The notes under the pieces are model-generated. The model saw only the letters and a program-made list of their open reading frames with translations. It made no database searches and was not told where the DNA came from. 64,000 nucleotides of DNA from an uncultured Acidimicrobiia bacterium. Lineage in GTDB: Bacteria; Actinomycetota; Acidimicrobiia; Acidimicrobiales; JACDCH01. The DNA lies in NCBI GenBank assembly GCA_963840695.1, contig CAWIZW010000011.1, positions 51,238-115,237 of the forward strand. The letters run 5' to 3'. The translations under genes were made by a program, and so were the position numbers. Of the stretch, positions 22,157-33,602 are shown one piece after another. The stretch's first letter is position 1, and each line of letters starts with the position of its first letter.

Positions 22157-23391
22157 TCAGTCGACGAGGGCTTGGGAGACGAGCTGCTTCAACTGCGTGC
22201 GGATCGGATGGGTGCTCGACGGCAGCAGCTGCGTGAGGAACACGACGGTGATGTCCTCGACCGGGTCGACCCAGAAGGCGGTGCTGGCGGCGCCGCCCCA
22301 GGCGAACTCGCCGACCGAACCGGGTGTCTTGTTCTTCACCGGGTCGTCCACCACGGAGAAGCCGAGCCCGAAGCCGATCCCGTCGAAGGTCGTCTCCGCG
22401 AAGAGCGGCCGGCCGAAGGCCTCGAGGTCGGCGCCGCCGGGCAGGTGGTTGCTCGCCATGTACCGGACCGTGCGGCTGCCGAGCAGCCGGGTGCCGTCGA
22501 GCTCGCCGCCGCGCCGCAGCATGTCGGTGAAGCGCAGGTAGTCGGCCGCGGTGGTGACGAGGCCGCCGCCGCCGGACAGGAACGTCGGCACCCCGGTGGC
22601 GACGTCGCCGCCGCTGCTGAGCCTCATGGCCTTGCCCGTCGCCGGGTTGGGGACGTACAGCGAAGCCAGGCGGTGCCGCTGGTCCTCCGGCACGCCGAAG
22701 GCGGTGTCGACCATGCCGAGCGGTTCGAGGATCCGCTCGGCGAAGAACCGGTCGAGGCTCTGGCCCGACACGACCTCCACGACGCGGCCGAGGACGTCGG
22801 TCGCCACCGAGTAGTTCCACTCCGACCCCGGCTGGAACACCAGCGGCAGCGACGCCCAGGTCTCGCAGGCGGTCGCCAGGTCGACGCCGGCAGGCGTGCC
22901 CCACTCGTACCCGGCGGCGCGGTACATGGCGTCGACCGGGTGGCTGTAGAGGAAGCCGTAGGTCAGGCCGGCCGTGTGGCTCAGGAGGTGCCAGAGGCGC
23001 ATCGGCTCGACCTGGGGCTCGAGGAGCGGGTTCTGGCTCGACCCGCTGCGGAAGACCTTCGTGCCGGCGAAGGCGGGGATGTACTCGGCCACCGGGTCCT
23101 TCAGCTCGAAGGCCCCTCCTCGTGCAGCATCATCGCCGCCACCGACGTGACCGGCTTCGTCATCGAGTAGGCCCGGAAGATCGTGTCGAGCTCGACCGGT
23201 GTGGCCGACTCGACGTCGCGGTGACCGCAGGTGGCGACGTAGGCGACCTTCCCGTGCCGCGCCACGGCGACGAGCCACCCCGGCAGGCGCCCGTCGTCCA
23301 CGTAGCGGGCGAAGTGCCGCTCGATGCGAGCCAGCCGCTCGGCATCGAAGCCCACCTCGGCCGGATCGACCTCGACCTGGAGCTCACCCAT
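22157..23391 (-). CDS. Serine hydrolase, beta-lactamase/esterase family VIII (frame break near 23110)
   Basis: SMTK motif, LLSHTAG, WNYS, WGGAAST. Confidence 0.9.
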
Positions 23392-23490
23392 GCCGCGACC
23401 CTAGAGCGCCGGGCTGGCGCGCTCGGCCGTGGGCGTCGGGAGGGCTTCGCACCGGTCAGGCCCGTGCCCTGCCCGGTAGGGTCGCTCGGC

Positions 23491-23772
23491 GTGTGCCGGA
23501 ACATCACCGAGCTGCGGGGGCTGCAGCCCCCGGCCACCGCCGAGGAGATCGAGGCGGCGGCGGTCCAGTACGTCCGGAAGGTGAGCGGGGTGCGTCAGCC
23601 GCTGCGGAACGAAACGGCGGCGGCCGCCTTCGACGACGCCGTGCGCGACATCGCCGCCATCACCACGCGCCTGCTCGCCCTCATGCCGCAGCGGACGCGG
23701 CCGCCGGCGAGCCTGCCGCCGCTGCGCCGTCCCGAGGTCCTGGCCCGCATCGCCGCCAAGAGCGCGGGCTGA
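23491..23772 (+). CDS. DUF2277 family protein
   Basis: MCRNITELRGL..AAAVQYVRKVSG. Confidence 0.8.
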   Translation: MCRNITELRGLQPPATAEEIEAAAVQYVRKVSGVRQPLRNETAAAAFDDAVRDIAAITTRLLALMPQRTRPPASLPPLRRPEVLARIAAKSAG

Positions 23773-23774
23773 TC

Positions 23775-24681
23775 GTGGCCGCCGTCACCGAGGTCGAACT
23801 GTCGAGCCGCGCCCGTGCGCTCGCCAGTGCCGTGGAGCCCTTCGCCGGCCAGGTCTACTTCTCAGCCGGAGTGCCACGAGGGCTACGCCGCCCTCGGGTT
23901 CTCGCCGAGCCCCTTCACCACGGAGAGCGGTGTCCAGGTGCCCGACGGCCCCGCCTACTTCACGAGCCGCGGGTCGGCGCTCGGCCAGGTGCCCGGCGAG
24001 GTCGTCGCCGCCGCCTTCGGCGTCTTCGACCCGAGGATCGTCGTCCCCGCCGTCACCCACGGGTGGTCGATCACCGACGCCACCACGATCGCCGCCGCTC
24101 GGACCGATGGCGCCATCGGCCAGCTCGCCCGGATCCTCGGCCAGGAGCCCGACGGCGCCGACCGTGCCGCCGATCTGCTCGAGCAGGCGGGCGAGGGCCT
24201 GGCGCCTGCGGGGCGGTCGTTGTTCGCCGGGACGCTCGCCCAGCCCGTGCCCGACACGGCGCTGGGCCGGGCGTGGCGGATGGCCGACCGGCTGCGGGAG
24301 TACCGGGGCGACGCCCACATCGCGGCGTGGACCGCCGCCGGGTTCGACGGCTGCTCGATCAGCCTGATGACCGAGCGGTGGTGGGGCCTGCCGCTGCGCT
24401 CCTACAGCCGCACACGGGGGTGGACCGACGACGCCTTCGACGCTGCCGCAGAACGGCTCCGAGCCGACGGGCACTTCGACGGCGACGACCTGACCGAGGC
24501 GGGACGTGCGGCACGCGAGCGACCTCGAGGCGGCGACCGACCGCCAGTGCCGGCCGATCGTGGAGTCGCTCGGCGACGAGCTCGACGAGCTCCTCGGGAT
24601 CCTGCGCCGTGGGGCGCCGACATCCGCGCCGCCGGCGGCTACCTCCCGTCGGGCCCCCACGACCTGGCCCGCCGCCCTTGA
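23775..24681 (+). CDS. SCO6745-like conserved actinobacterial protein (frameshifted)
   Basis: YFTSRGSALG, AAFGVF, LREYRGDAHIAA. Confidence 0.7.
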
Positions 24682-25505
24682 GCTTCGCGGCCGACACCGC
24701 CCACCGCGCCGCAGCCGACGGGGGGTACGACGCCGACATCGCCCCGGGGTGGGACATCGGCGGCAACGCCAACGGCGGCTACCTGCTCGCCATCGCCGGG
24801 CGGGCCATGGCGGCGGCGGCCGGTCGACCCGATCCGGTGACCATCACCGCCCACTACCTGTCACCCGGCAAGCCCGGACCCGTCCACGTGGACACGTCGG
24901 TCGTGAAGGAGGGCAAGCGGTTCGCCACCGTGCAGGCGACCCTCCGCGACGCGTCGCCCGGCGGCGGGGGCAGGGCGCTCCTCGCCCTGCTGGGCACCTT
25001 CGGTGATCTCGGCCCGGCTGGTGGCACCGAGGGGTCACCGATCCGGGTCGATGCGGCGCCGCCCGACCTGCCGCCGCTCGAGGAGTGCGTTCGCATCTCG
25101 CCGCGCGAGGGCGCGCCGTTCCCGCCGCCGTTCAGCGCCACGGTCGAGGCCCGACTCCACCCCGACGACGCCGGCTTCGCCACCGGCTCCGGACCGAGCG
25201 GCGAGCCGCGGGTGCGGGGCTGGTTCCGGTTCCCGGGAGACGAGACGGTCGACACGGCCGGGCTGCTCGTCGTCGTCGACGCCTTCCCGCCGACGATCTT
25301 CAACGCCCACCTGCCGATGGCGTGGACACCCACGGTCGAGCTCACCGCACACGTCCGCGCCCGGCCCGCCCCGGGGTGGCTCCGGTGCGTGTTCACGACC
25401 CGCTTCGTCACCGGCGGGTTCCTCGAGGAGGACGGCGAGGTCTGGGACGCGACCGGCATCCTCGTCGCCCAGTCCCGTCAACTCGCCCTCGTCCCCAAGG
25501 GCTGA
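24678..25505 (+). CDS. Double hot-dog acyl-CoA thioesterase family protein
   Basis: NGGYLLA, TAHYLSP, DAFPP, PTVELTAH, LVAQSRQL. Confidence 0.85.
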   Translation: MSFAADTAHRAAADGGYDADIAPGWDIGGNANGGYLLAIAGRAMAAAAGRPDPVTITAHYLSPGKPGPVHVDTSVVKEGKRFATVQATLRDASPGGGGRALLALLGTFGDLGPAGGTEGSPIRVDAAPPDLPPLEECVRISPREGAPFPPPFSATVEARLHPDDAGFATGSGPSGEPRVRGWFRFPGDETVDTAGLLVVVDAFPPTIFNAHLPMAWTPTVELTAHVRARPAPGWLRCVFTTRFVTGGFLEEDGEVWDATGILVAQSRQLALVPKG

Positions 25506-25515
25506 CCGGCCCCGC

Positions 25516-27358
25516 CTACCAGGTGTCGATGCAGGGGCGCTTCTTGCCCGACGGCCCCCGGGGTGCGGGCGGCGGCGCCGACGCCAGCATCGAGACGATC
25601 CACCGCCGGGAGTCGGCCGGGTCGATGACGTCGTCGATCTCGAAGTACGTCGCCGTCGACACCGCCTTGCCGTGCTCGTACATGCGGTCGACCATCGTCT
25701 CGAACGTCGCCTCCCGCTCCGAAGGGTCGTCGATGGCGTCGAGCTCGCGGCGGTAGCCGAGGCGGACCGCTCCCTCGAGGCCCATCCCGCCGAACTCACC
25801 CGTGGGCCACGCCACGCAGAACAGCGGCGCCTTGAAGCTGCCGCCTGCCATGGCCTGGGCCCCGAGGCCGTAGCCCTTCCGGAGCACGATCGTCCCGAAC
25901 GGGACGGTGAGGCTCGCGCCGACCACGAAGAGCCGGCTGGCGTGGCGGACGAGCGCCGTCGCCTCGGCGTCGGGCCCGACCATGATCCCCGGCGTGTCGC
26001 ACAGGAACAGCACCGGCACGTCGTGGGCGTCGCACAGCTGGAGGAACCGGGCCGCCTTGTCGGCGCCGTCGGCGTCGATGGCACCGGCGAGGTGCATCGG
26101 GTTGTTGGCGACGATGCCGAGCGGCCGGCCGTCGACCCGGGTGAGCGAGGTGACCATGCCGAGGCCGAACCCTGCCCGCAGCTCGAGCACCGAGCCCGTG
26201 TCGGCAAGGGTCTCGATCACGGCGCGGACGTCGTAGACCTGTCTGCGGTTCTCGGGGATGAGGGTGCGCAGCCGGGCCTGGTCGCCGGCGACCCAGTCGT
26301 CGGTCGGACCGGTGAAGTACGACAGGTACTGGCGGGCGGCGGCGACCGCCTCGGCCTCGTCGGCCACGACGATGTCGACGACGCCGTTCGCCGTCTGCAC
26401 GTCGAGTGGCCCGATGGCCTCGGGCGGGAAGACGCCGAGGCCGCCGCCTTCGATCATGGCGGGGCCGCCCATCCCGATGTTCGACCCGTGGGTGGCGATG
26501 ACGACGTCGCAGCAACCGAGGATGGCGGCGTTGCCGGCGAAGCAGCGGCCCGACGTGATGCCGACCATCGGCACGAGCCCCGACAGGCGTCCCCACCACC
26601 AGAAGGCGAAGCAGTCGAGGCCCGACACGCCGTTGCCGTCGGTGTCGCCGGGACGGCCGCCGCCACCCTCGGCGAAGAAGACGACGGGGAGGCGCTGGCG
26701 TTCGATGACGTCGAACAGCCGGTCCTTCTTGCGGTGGTTCTGGAGCCCCTGGGTGCCGGCGAGCACGGTGTAGTCGTAGGACAGGACGGCCGTCGGCCGG
26801 CCTCCGACCGTGCCCACGCCGGCGACGAGACCGTCGGCCGGCGTGCGCTCGACGAGCTCCTCGACCGAGCGCCGCCGGCGCTGGGCGGCGATGACGAGCG
26901 GCCCGTACTCGACGAAGCTGCCGGGATCGAGGAGGTCCTCGACGTTCTCGCGCGCCGTGCGCTGCCGGGTGCGCCGGCGCCGATCGACGGCGTCGGGCCG
27001 GGCCGCATCGAGGGTGCGCTCGTGGCGGTCGACGACCTCGGCGAGATCAGCACGGAGGCCGTCGCTCGCCGGTGCCCGTGGCGTCCTGAGCTGGCGCATC
27101 GGCGTGGGCCACGCGGTCGGCGGCGGTGCTGTCGGCGACGGTGTCGAGCACGACGAGGAGGTCGCCGGCGTTCACGTTGTCGCCGGCCGCCACCCCGACA
27201 TGGCCGACGACGCCGTCAGCCCCCGCTTCGACGGTGTGCTCCATCTTCATCGACTCGATCACGACGACGGTCGCCGTCGCCGTGACGTTCGTGCCGACGG
27301 CTGCGATCCGGATCACGGTGCCCTGCAGCGGAGCGCGGACCTCCACCGGTTCGCTCAT
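25516..27358 (-). CDS. Biotin carboxyl carrier plus carboxyltransferase protein (frame break near 27100)
   Basis: IESMKMEH biotinylation motif, then YDYTVLAGTQG, EGGGGRPGD, DTPGIMVG, GGMGLEGAV. Confidence 0.85.
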
Positions 27359-27514
27359 GCCCCGGCCATGGTTGCGCACGTCGGGATGGAGTCGACGCCC
27401 AGGGCGTCGGCTCCCTGCCGGGCCGACCGGTAGCGCTCGACCGTGGTGTCCTGCGGGTGGAGCGGCAGCTCGACCTGGAACGGGGCCATGCGCGGTCGAA
27501 GCTAACCGCGGCGC

Positions 27515-28905
27515 CTAGTTGGCGAGGGCGGAGGGGAGGCGCCGTGCGAGGACCGACCCGGCGACGGCGACGGCGCCCGTCAAGGCGAAGGCAGCGGTGA
27601 GCGACGTCGTCACCGGCCAGTCGCGCGCCTCGCCGAGGGCGACGAGGGCACCGCTGGCGCCCGTGCCGAGCGCGACGCCGAGGACGTCGGTGAGCTGCAG
27701 GGACGAGGTGGCCTTGCCCTCGCTGCCGGGGGTCGCCGTGCCGAGCACGGTGACCGAGAGCGGGGCGTAGGCCAGGCCGGTACCGAACCCGGCGATGCTC
27801 CAGAGGGGGATGGCGATGAGCAGCGGCGCGCCGTGCATGAGGAGGAGGGCGCCGCCGGCGCCGACGGCGACGAGCGCGCAGCCGACGGCGACGAGCCGGC
27901 GGGGCCCGTCGTGGTGGATGCGGTGCTGCTGGATCCAGGCGGCGGTCGTCCAGCCGATCACGGCCGCAGTGAGGGCGAGGCCGGCGACCCAGCTCGGGTC
28001 GCCCCGGCCGTCGGTCACGGCGAGGGGCACGAAGGCATCGGTGCCGAAGAAGGCGAAGGTGAGGACACCGCGCACGGCGATCGCCGCGGGCAGGCCCGGC
28101 GCCGCCCGAGCGGTGCCGGGCGGGACGAGACGGAGGAACGCCCAGGCCGCGATCGGGAAGCCGGCGACGACGAGGACGGCGGTCAGGAACGGCGCCCCGG
28201 CGGCGAGGCCGCCCACGATGAGCCCGGCGCCGAGAGCGAGGATCACGGCGTCGCGGGGCGGGTGTCGGGCGCCGGGTCGGGCTCGCCCTCGGGACGGTCG
28301 GCGGTCCGGGCCAGGGCCGGCAGGGTCATCACGCCGGCGACGGCGACGAGCGGGAGGATGGCGAGGAAGACGGCGCGCCACGACAGCGCCTGCTCGATGG
28401 CGGTGGCGGTGGCCGGCCCGATGAGCCCGGGGACGACCCAGGCGGTCGAGAACACGGCGAAGACGCGGGGACGCAGCGCCGGCGGGTAGCCGCGACCGAC
28501 GCTCGTATAGGCGATCGCCGGGATGGCACCGGCGCCGAGGCCCTGCACGACGCGGGCGGCGACCAGCACCGTCATGGTGGGTGCGGCGCCTCCGATGGCG
28601 AGGCCCACGGCGAAGAGGCCCAGACCGGCGACGAACGGGGCCGCCGTGCCCCGACGGTCGGCGGCCCGCCCGGCGAGCACGGCGCCGACCATCGTGCCGA
28701 GGAAGAACCCCGAGAAGACCCAGCCGTAGAGCTCGACGCCGCCGAGGTCGTCGGCGACGACCGGCATCACCGTCGAGATGGCGAGTGACTCGAAGGCGAC
28801 CAGCGTCACCGTCAGGACGAGACCGGCGGTGAGCCGCCGGCGCTCCGGCGCCCAGACCCCACCGCCCGGGGCCAGAGGATCAGCGGCCAGGGTCACGTCC
28901 GTCAC
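27515..28905 (-). CDS. MFS transporter (frame break near 28255)
   Basis: Many TM helices; GRAADRRG motif A; ARVVQGLGAG. Confidence 0.88.
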
Positions 28906-29019
28906 GGTCGCACAGTCTGGGTGACCAGCGCCGAATAACGCAAGCGATCTCTTGTGGAAGGCGCCGGTTCTGGGTGCGACCCCGGGGGATCGGCGCGCAC
29001 CTGCGGCGGCCGTCGGTGC

Positions 29020-31692
29020 CTACGAGTCGAGGCCGAGGGCTCGGCGGAGGCCGGCGCGGCCGGACGTGCCGAGCTTGTCGTAGGCGCGGTGGAGGTGGTT
29101 CTCGACCGTTCGGCGGGACAGGTACAGGCGCTCGCCGATGTCCTTCGAGGTCAGCCCCTCCGCGGCGAGCAGGGCCACCTCCCGTTCCCGCTTCGACAGG
29201 GGAGCGGCGTCCTCGGTCAGCACCAGCGCCGGTGTCGCCGCGCCCTCGCACTCGGCCGCGAGCTGGCGCGCCCGGTTGGCGTGGAGGCGCGCCTCCCGGG
29301 CCGAGCCGGCTCGCTGCGCGGCGCGGGATGCGTCGGCGAAGGCCTCGGCGGCGTAGAGCCGGGCACCGCAGGTGTCGAAGCGCTGCGCGACGTCGGCGAG
29401 CGCAGCGGCGTCGTCGGCCGCCGCCGCGAGCACGTGGTCGCACCGCGCCAGCAGGAGAGCGCCTTCGACCGTGGGGCGCAGCGCCGCCGCCCGCTCCTCG
29501 GCGGCCTGCGGCTGGCCCAGCCGGGCCATCGTGTGCAGCGCGAGCGCCGTGTTCGACCGCGCTCCGGCGTCCTCGCTCGCGGCGACGGCCTCCTCGAGCA
29601 GGGCCAGGGCGTCGGTGGGCCGCCCGTCGGCCGCGGCGAGCAGCGCCCGCGCGCACAGCTCGGCGGTGCGCGTGAACCGCACGGCCGAGCCGGCCTCGGT
29701 GGCGAGGGCGATCTCGGCTCCCCTCGCCGCCTTCACGTCGCCGAGCGTCGCCCAGGCGAGGACGAGGCCGGCGAGGGGGAACCGCCGCCGTTGCCTCGGT
29801 CCGTCGCGGTCGTAGAGCGGCAGGGCCCGGCCGAACCACTTGGCGGCGGTCCGTGGCAGACCTCGCTCGGTCGCCACCAGGCCTCGTTGCAGGGCCATGG
29901 CGGCGATGGCAGGACCGCGCTGGGACTGCAGCGCCATCGCGTGCATCGCGGCCGCCAGCTTCTCGGCCTCCTCGAGCAGCCCGGCCTGCGTGAGTGCCAG
30001 CAGCTCGGAGAACACGTGCACGCTCGGGTCGGACTGGAACAGGTCCTGCTCCCACACGCCGAGGTGCGAGGCGAAGGCCTTGCGGGCCAGCTCCAGTCCC
30101 TCGAGCGGCCGGCCGTCGAAGGCGGCGGTCACGGCTCCGGCGATCGCCGCCTCGACGAAGGTGCGCACGGAGGGGCTGGCGAGGAGCGGAGCCACGACGG
30201 CCCGGGCCTCGCCGACCTCCCCGTGCAGCATCACGAGGGTGGCCCGGTGGCCGACGAGCTCGGCGCGCCAGTCGGCATCGTGCACGTCCGCCTCGGCCGC
30301 GGTCACCACCGCGACGGCCTCGTCGTAGCGGTCGATGCGGAACAGGTTCTCGCTGCGCGCCATCGCCACCAGCACGCGGTGGCGGTCGTCGAGCTCGAGC
30401 CGGCTCACCTCGGCGAGGACGGCCTCGGCGGCGTCGTGCTGGGCCAGGTGGCAGCGCAGGTGGCCGAGCAGGTGCCCGGCCGCGACCGAGCGGTCGGCCT
30501 CCCAGGCCGCCTCGGCGAGTGCCGCGGCGCGCCGCTCGTCGAGGGCGACGTAGGCCTGCCGCGCCGCGTCGAGGAGCAGCCCGGGGTCGTCGCCGTCGCC
30601 CAGCTCGAGCCGCCACAGCGCCAGCCGCAGGACGTCACCGGCGCGGTGGCCGCCGGTGGCCGCCAGCCCGTCGGCGAGCATGCGCAGCACCCGTCGCCGG
30701 CGGATCCGTGGCAGCTCCGCCCGCACGACCTCGCCGTGCAACGGGTGGGCGAGCCACACCTCCAGCCGGCGCCGGTCGGAGCGGACGTCGACGAGCTTGC
30801 GCTGCTCGAGGACCTCCACGTCGGCCGCCGAGACCATCCGGTCGAGCAGGTCGACGCCGAGCGGCTCGCCGAGGGCGACGAGCTCCAACGCGAGGCGCGG
30901 CCCGGGCTCCAACGTGCCCATGCGCTCGGACACGAGCTCGGACAGGCGTCGCGGGACGGTCAGCTCGCCAGGAGCCCGCCACACGCCGTCGTCGAGCGTC
31001 ACGTCACCAGACTCGACCGCGCCGAGCAGCAGCTCACGGAGCGCGAGCGGGTTCCCGTCGGCGAGGGACCGGAGCCGGGCCGCGGTGATGTCGTCGACAT
31101 CGGCGACGTCGGAACGGCCGTCGTCGCCCGGTTCCGTGGCACCGCCCACCCCGGCGAGGATCAACGCCGCCAGCTCGTCCATGTCGTCGTCGGGCAGCTC
31201 GGTCACCTCGATGCGACGCGCCAGCCCGTTGCGCCAGAGCGTCGTGACTGCGTCGGGGGTGTCCTCGCCCCGGCGGACCGTCGCCACGACGAAGACGGCC
31301 GGGTCCTCGGCGAGGTGCAGCAGGAGCGTCGCCGAGACGTCGTCGAGCAGATGGGCGTCGTCGACGAGAAGGAGGAGGCGGCGGTCGCCGGCCCGTGCCC
31401 GCAGAGCATGGCGGGCGGCCCCGAGGAGGTCGACCGAGGGCGCCCCCAGCTCCGGAAGAATGGGGGCGAAGGCGCCGAGCGGGACGTCGGCGGCCGACCG
31501 GGTCGCCGACACGCGCGCGGTCGGGTCGCCACCGGCCTCGCCGAGACGGAGGCACTCCGTGGCGAGGCGCGTCTTGCCCACGCCGCGGGGACCCACGAGG
31601 ACGACGCCCTCGATGCCGGGCGTGGCGAGGGCGTCGGCGATGGCGGCCAGCTCCCGCCGTCGGCCCACGAACCCCCAACCTGGGTCAGCCAC
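29020..31692 (-). CDS. Large ATP-binding LuxR-family regulator
   Basis: Walker A GPRGVGKT, Walker B LLLVDDAH, C-terminal LSKREREVA..TVENHLHRAYDKLG. Confidence 0.92.
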   Translation of the reverse strand: MADPGWGFVGRRRELAAIADALATPGIEGVVLVGPRGVGKTRLATECLRLGEAGGDPTARVSATRSAADVPLGAFAPILPELGAPSVDLLGAARHALRARAGDRRLLLLVDDAHLLDDVSATLLLHLAEDPAVFVVATVRRGEDTPDAVTTLWRNGLARRIEVTELPDDDMDELAALILAGVGGATEPGDDGRSDVADVDDITAARLRSLADGNPLALRELLLGAVESGDVTLDDGVWRAPGELTVPRRLSELVSERMGTLEPGPRLALELVALGEPLGVDLLDRMVSAADVEVLEQRKLVDVRSDRRRLEVWLAHPLHGEVVRAELPRIRRRRVLRMLADGLAATGGHRAGDVLRLALWRLELGDGDDPGLLLDAARQAYVALDERRAAALAEAAWEADRSVAAGHLLGHLRCHLAQHDAAEAVLAEVSRLELDDRHRVLVAMARSENLFRIDRYDEAVAVVTAAEADVHDADWRAELVGHRATLVMLHGEVGEARAVVAPLLASPSVRTFVEAAIAGAVTAAFDGRPLEGLELARKAFASHLGVWEQDLFQSDPSVHVFSELLALTQAGLLEEAEKLAAAMHAMALQSQRGPAIAAMALQRGLVATERGLPRTAAKWFGRALPLYDRDGPRQRRRFPLAGLVLAWATLGDVKAARGAEIALATEAGSAVRFTRTAELCARALLAAADGRPTDALALLEEAVAASEDAGARSNTALALHTMARLGQPQAAEERAAALRPTVEGALLLARCDHVLAAAADDAAALADVAQRFDTCGARLYAAEAFADASRAAQRAGSAREARLHANRARQLAAECEGAATPALVLTEDAAPLSKREREVALLAAEGLTSKDIGERLYLSRRTVENHLHRAYDKLGTSGRAGLRRALGLDS

Positions 31693-31762
31693 GTCGTCGA
31701 TCGTTGCACGCCGGCCTGTACATCGGTTGCGTTCTTTACATTGGATGCGTTAGAAAACTGCG

Positions 31763-32356
31763 GTGGCCACCCAGGAGCAGCGGCGCGCCGACACCCGACG
31801 CCGCCTCCTCGACGCCGCCGCCGAGCTGTTCGCCGAGCGCGGCGTCGAGGGCGCGTCGATCGACGCCATCGCCGAGCTGGCCGATCGGACGTCGGGCGCC
31901 ATCTACGACCACTTCGGGGGCAAGGAGGGGTTGCTGTTCGCCCTCCTCGAGGGGTGGGTCGACGACGTCGCCGCCGTGATCGGCGCCGAGCTGGCCACGG
32001 CCACGACGCTCGACGAGCGGTTGTCGGCGCTGTGGCGCAACGTGGCCGAGCCGCCCTCGGGCGATGGTCGGTGGATCGCCCTCGAGCACGAGCTGTGGTC
32101 GTGGGCCGCCCGCCACCCCGAGGCCCGCGAGCACCTGGCCCGTCGCTACCAGGCCGCCTTCGCCGGCGTGGAGCTGGCCGCGACCGAGTGGCTGGGCGGG
32201 CGCCCGGCACCAGGCACCGGCGCGACGGTGATCGGGCTGCTGCTCGGCCTGGAGATGATGCGGCGGATCGACGGCAGCGCGGTCGACGAACGGGTCGCGC
32301 TGGCCGCGCTGAAGGCCGCCGTGACGGGCATGCACGAGGGAGTGGCGACCGGATGA
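31763..32356 (+). CDS. TetR/AcrR regulator
   Basis: ASIDAIAELADRTSGAIYDHFGGKEGL. Confidence 0.9.
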   Translation: MATQEQRRADTRRRLLDAAAELFAERGVEGASIDAIAELADRTSGAIYDHFGGKEGLLFALLEGWVDDVAAVIGAELATATTLDERLSALWRNVAEPPSGDGRWIALEHELWSWAARHPEAREHLARRYQAAFAGVELAATEWLGGRPAPGTGATVIGLLLGLEMMRRIDGSAVDERVALAALKAAVTGMHEGVATG

Positions 32357-33587
32357 GCGAGCCCGCAGGGCGAGCGAACGATCGGCCCACGATCGACGGG
32401 CTCGACCTGCTGGCGGCGACGTGGGAGCAGGGTGTGCCCTACGACCAGTTCGACCGCCTCCGGCGGGAGGCGCCCGTCGCCTGGCACGAGGAGGCTGACG
32501 GGCCGGGGTTCTGGGTGATCTCGAAGCACGCCGACGTCAAGGCGATCAGCCACGACTCGGTCACGTTCAGCTCCGAGCTCGGCGGGACGTTCATCGACAC
32601 CCAGACCGACGCCCAACTCGCCGCCATGCGCCTGTCGATCCTCAACATGGACCCGCCGAAGCACCACCGCTACCGCCGGCTCGTCAACCGCGGCTTCACG
32701 CCCCGGGCCATCCAGGCGCTGCTCGACTCGATCGACCGGCGGGCGGCCCGCATCGTCGGCGACGTCGTCGACCGGGGTGAGTGCGACTTCGTCGAGGAGA
32801 TCGCCGCCCTCCTGCCCCTCGAGATGATCTGCGAGATGATCGGCCTCCCGGAGCAGGACTGGCCGCGCATGTTCGAGCTGTCGAACCGCATGGTGGGCTT
32901 CGACGATCCCGAGTACCAGGCCAGCCCCGACGACGGCATGGCCGCCGCCTTCGAGATCTTCACCTACTGCGACGCCGTCGCCGCCGACCGCAGGGAAACC
33001 CCCGCGACGACATCATGACGGCGCTCGTGCACGCCGAGGTCGACGGCGAGACCCTCACGCCCGACGAGCTCAACCTCTTCTTCGTCACCCTCGTCGTCGC
33101 CGGCAACGAGACGACCCGCAACCTGATCAACCACGCGCTGTGCGCCGTCATCGACCACCCCGACGAGGCGCAACGCCTCCGCGACGACCCCTCGCTCTGG
33201 GAGACCGCGCCCGACGAGATGCTGCGGTGGGGGACCTCGATCCACAACTTCCGGCGCACGGCGACCGTCGACACCGAGGTCCGCGGCGTGCCGATCGCCG
33301 AGGGTGACAAGGTCGTCATGTACTACCTGTCGGCCAACCGCGACGAGGAAGTCTTCGCCGACCCGTACCGCTTCGACCCCGGGCGCCGCCCCAACGACCA
33401 CGTGACCTTCGGCGGCGGCGGCGTGCACTACTGCCTCGGCGCCAGCCTCGCCCGGGCCGAGATCGGGGCGCTGATGCGCCAGGTCGTCGAGCGCCTGCCC
33501 GACATCGAGCTCGCCGCCGAGCCCCGCCGGCTCCGATCCGACTTCATCAACGGCATCAAGCACATGCCCGTGACCTGGAAGAACTAG
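32353..33587 (+). CDS. Cytochrome P450, CYP124/125/142-like (frame break near 32995)
   Basis: MDPPKHHRYR, AGNETTRN, DEMLR, FGGGGVHYCLG. Confidence 0.9.
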
Positions 33588-33602
33588 AGGAAGGCCGCCA
33601 CC

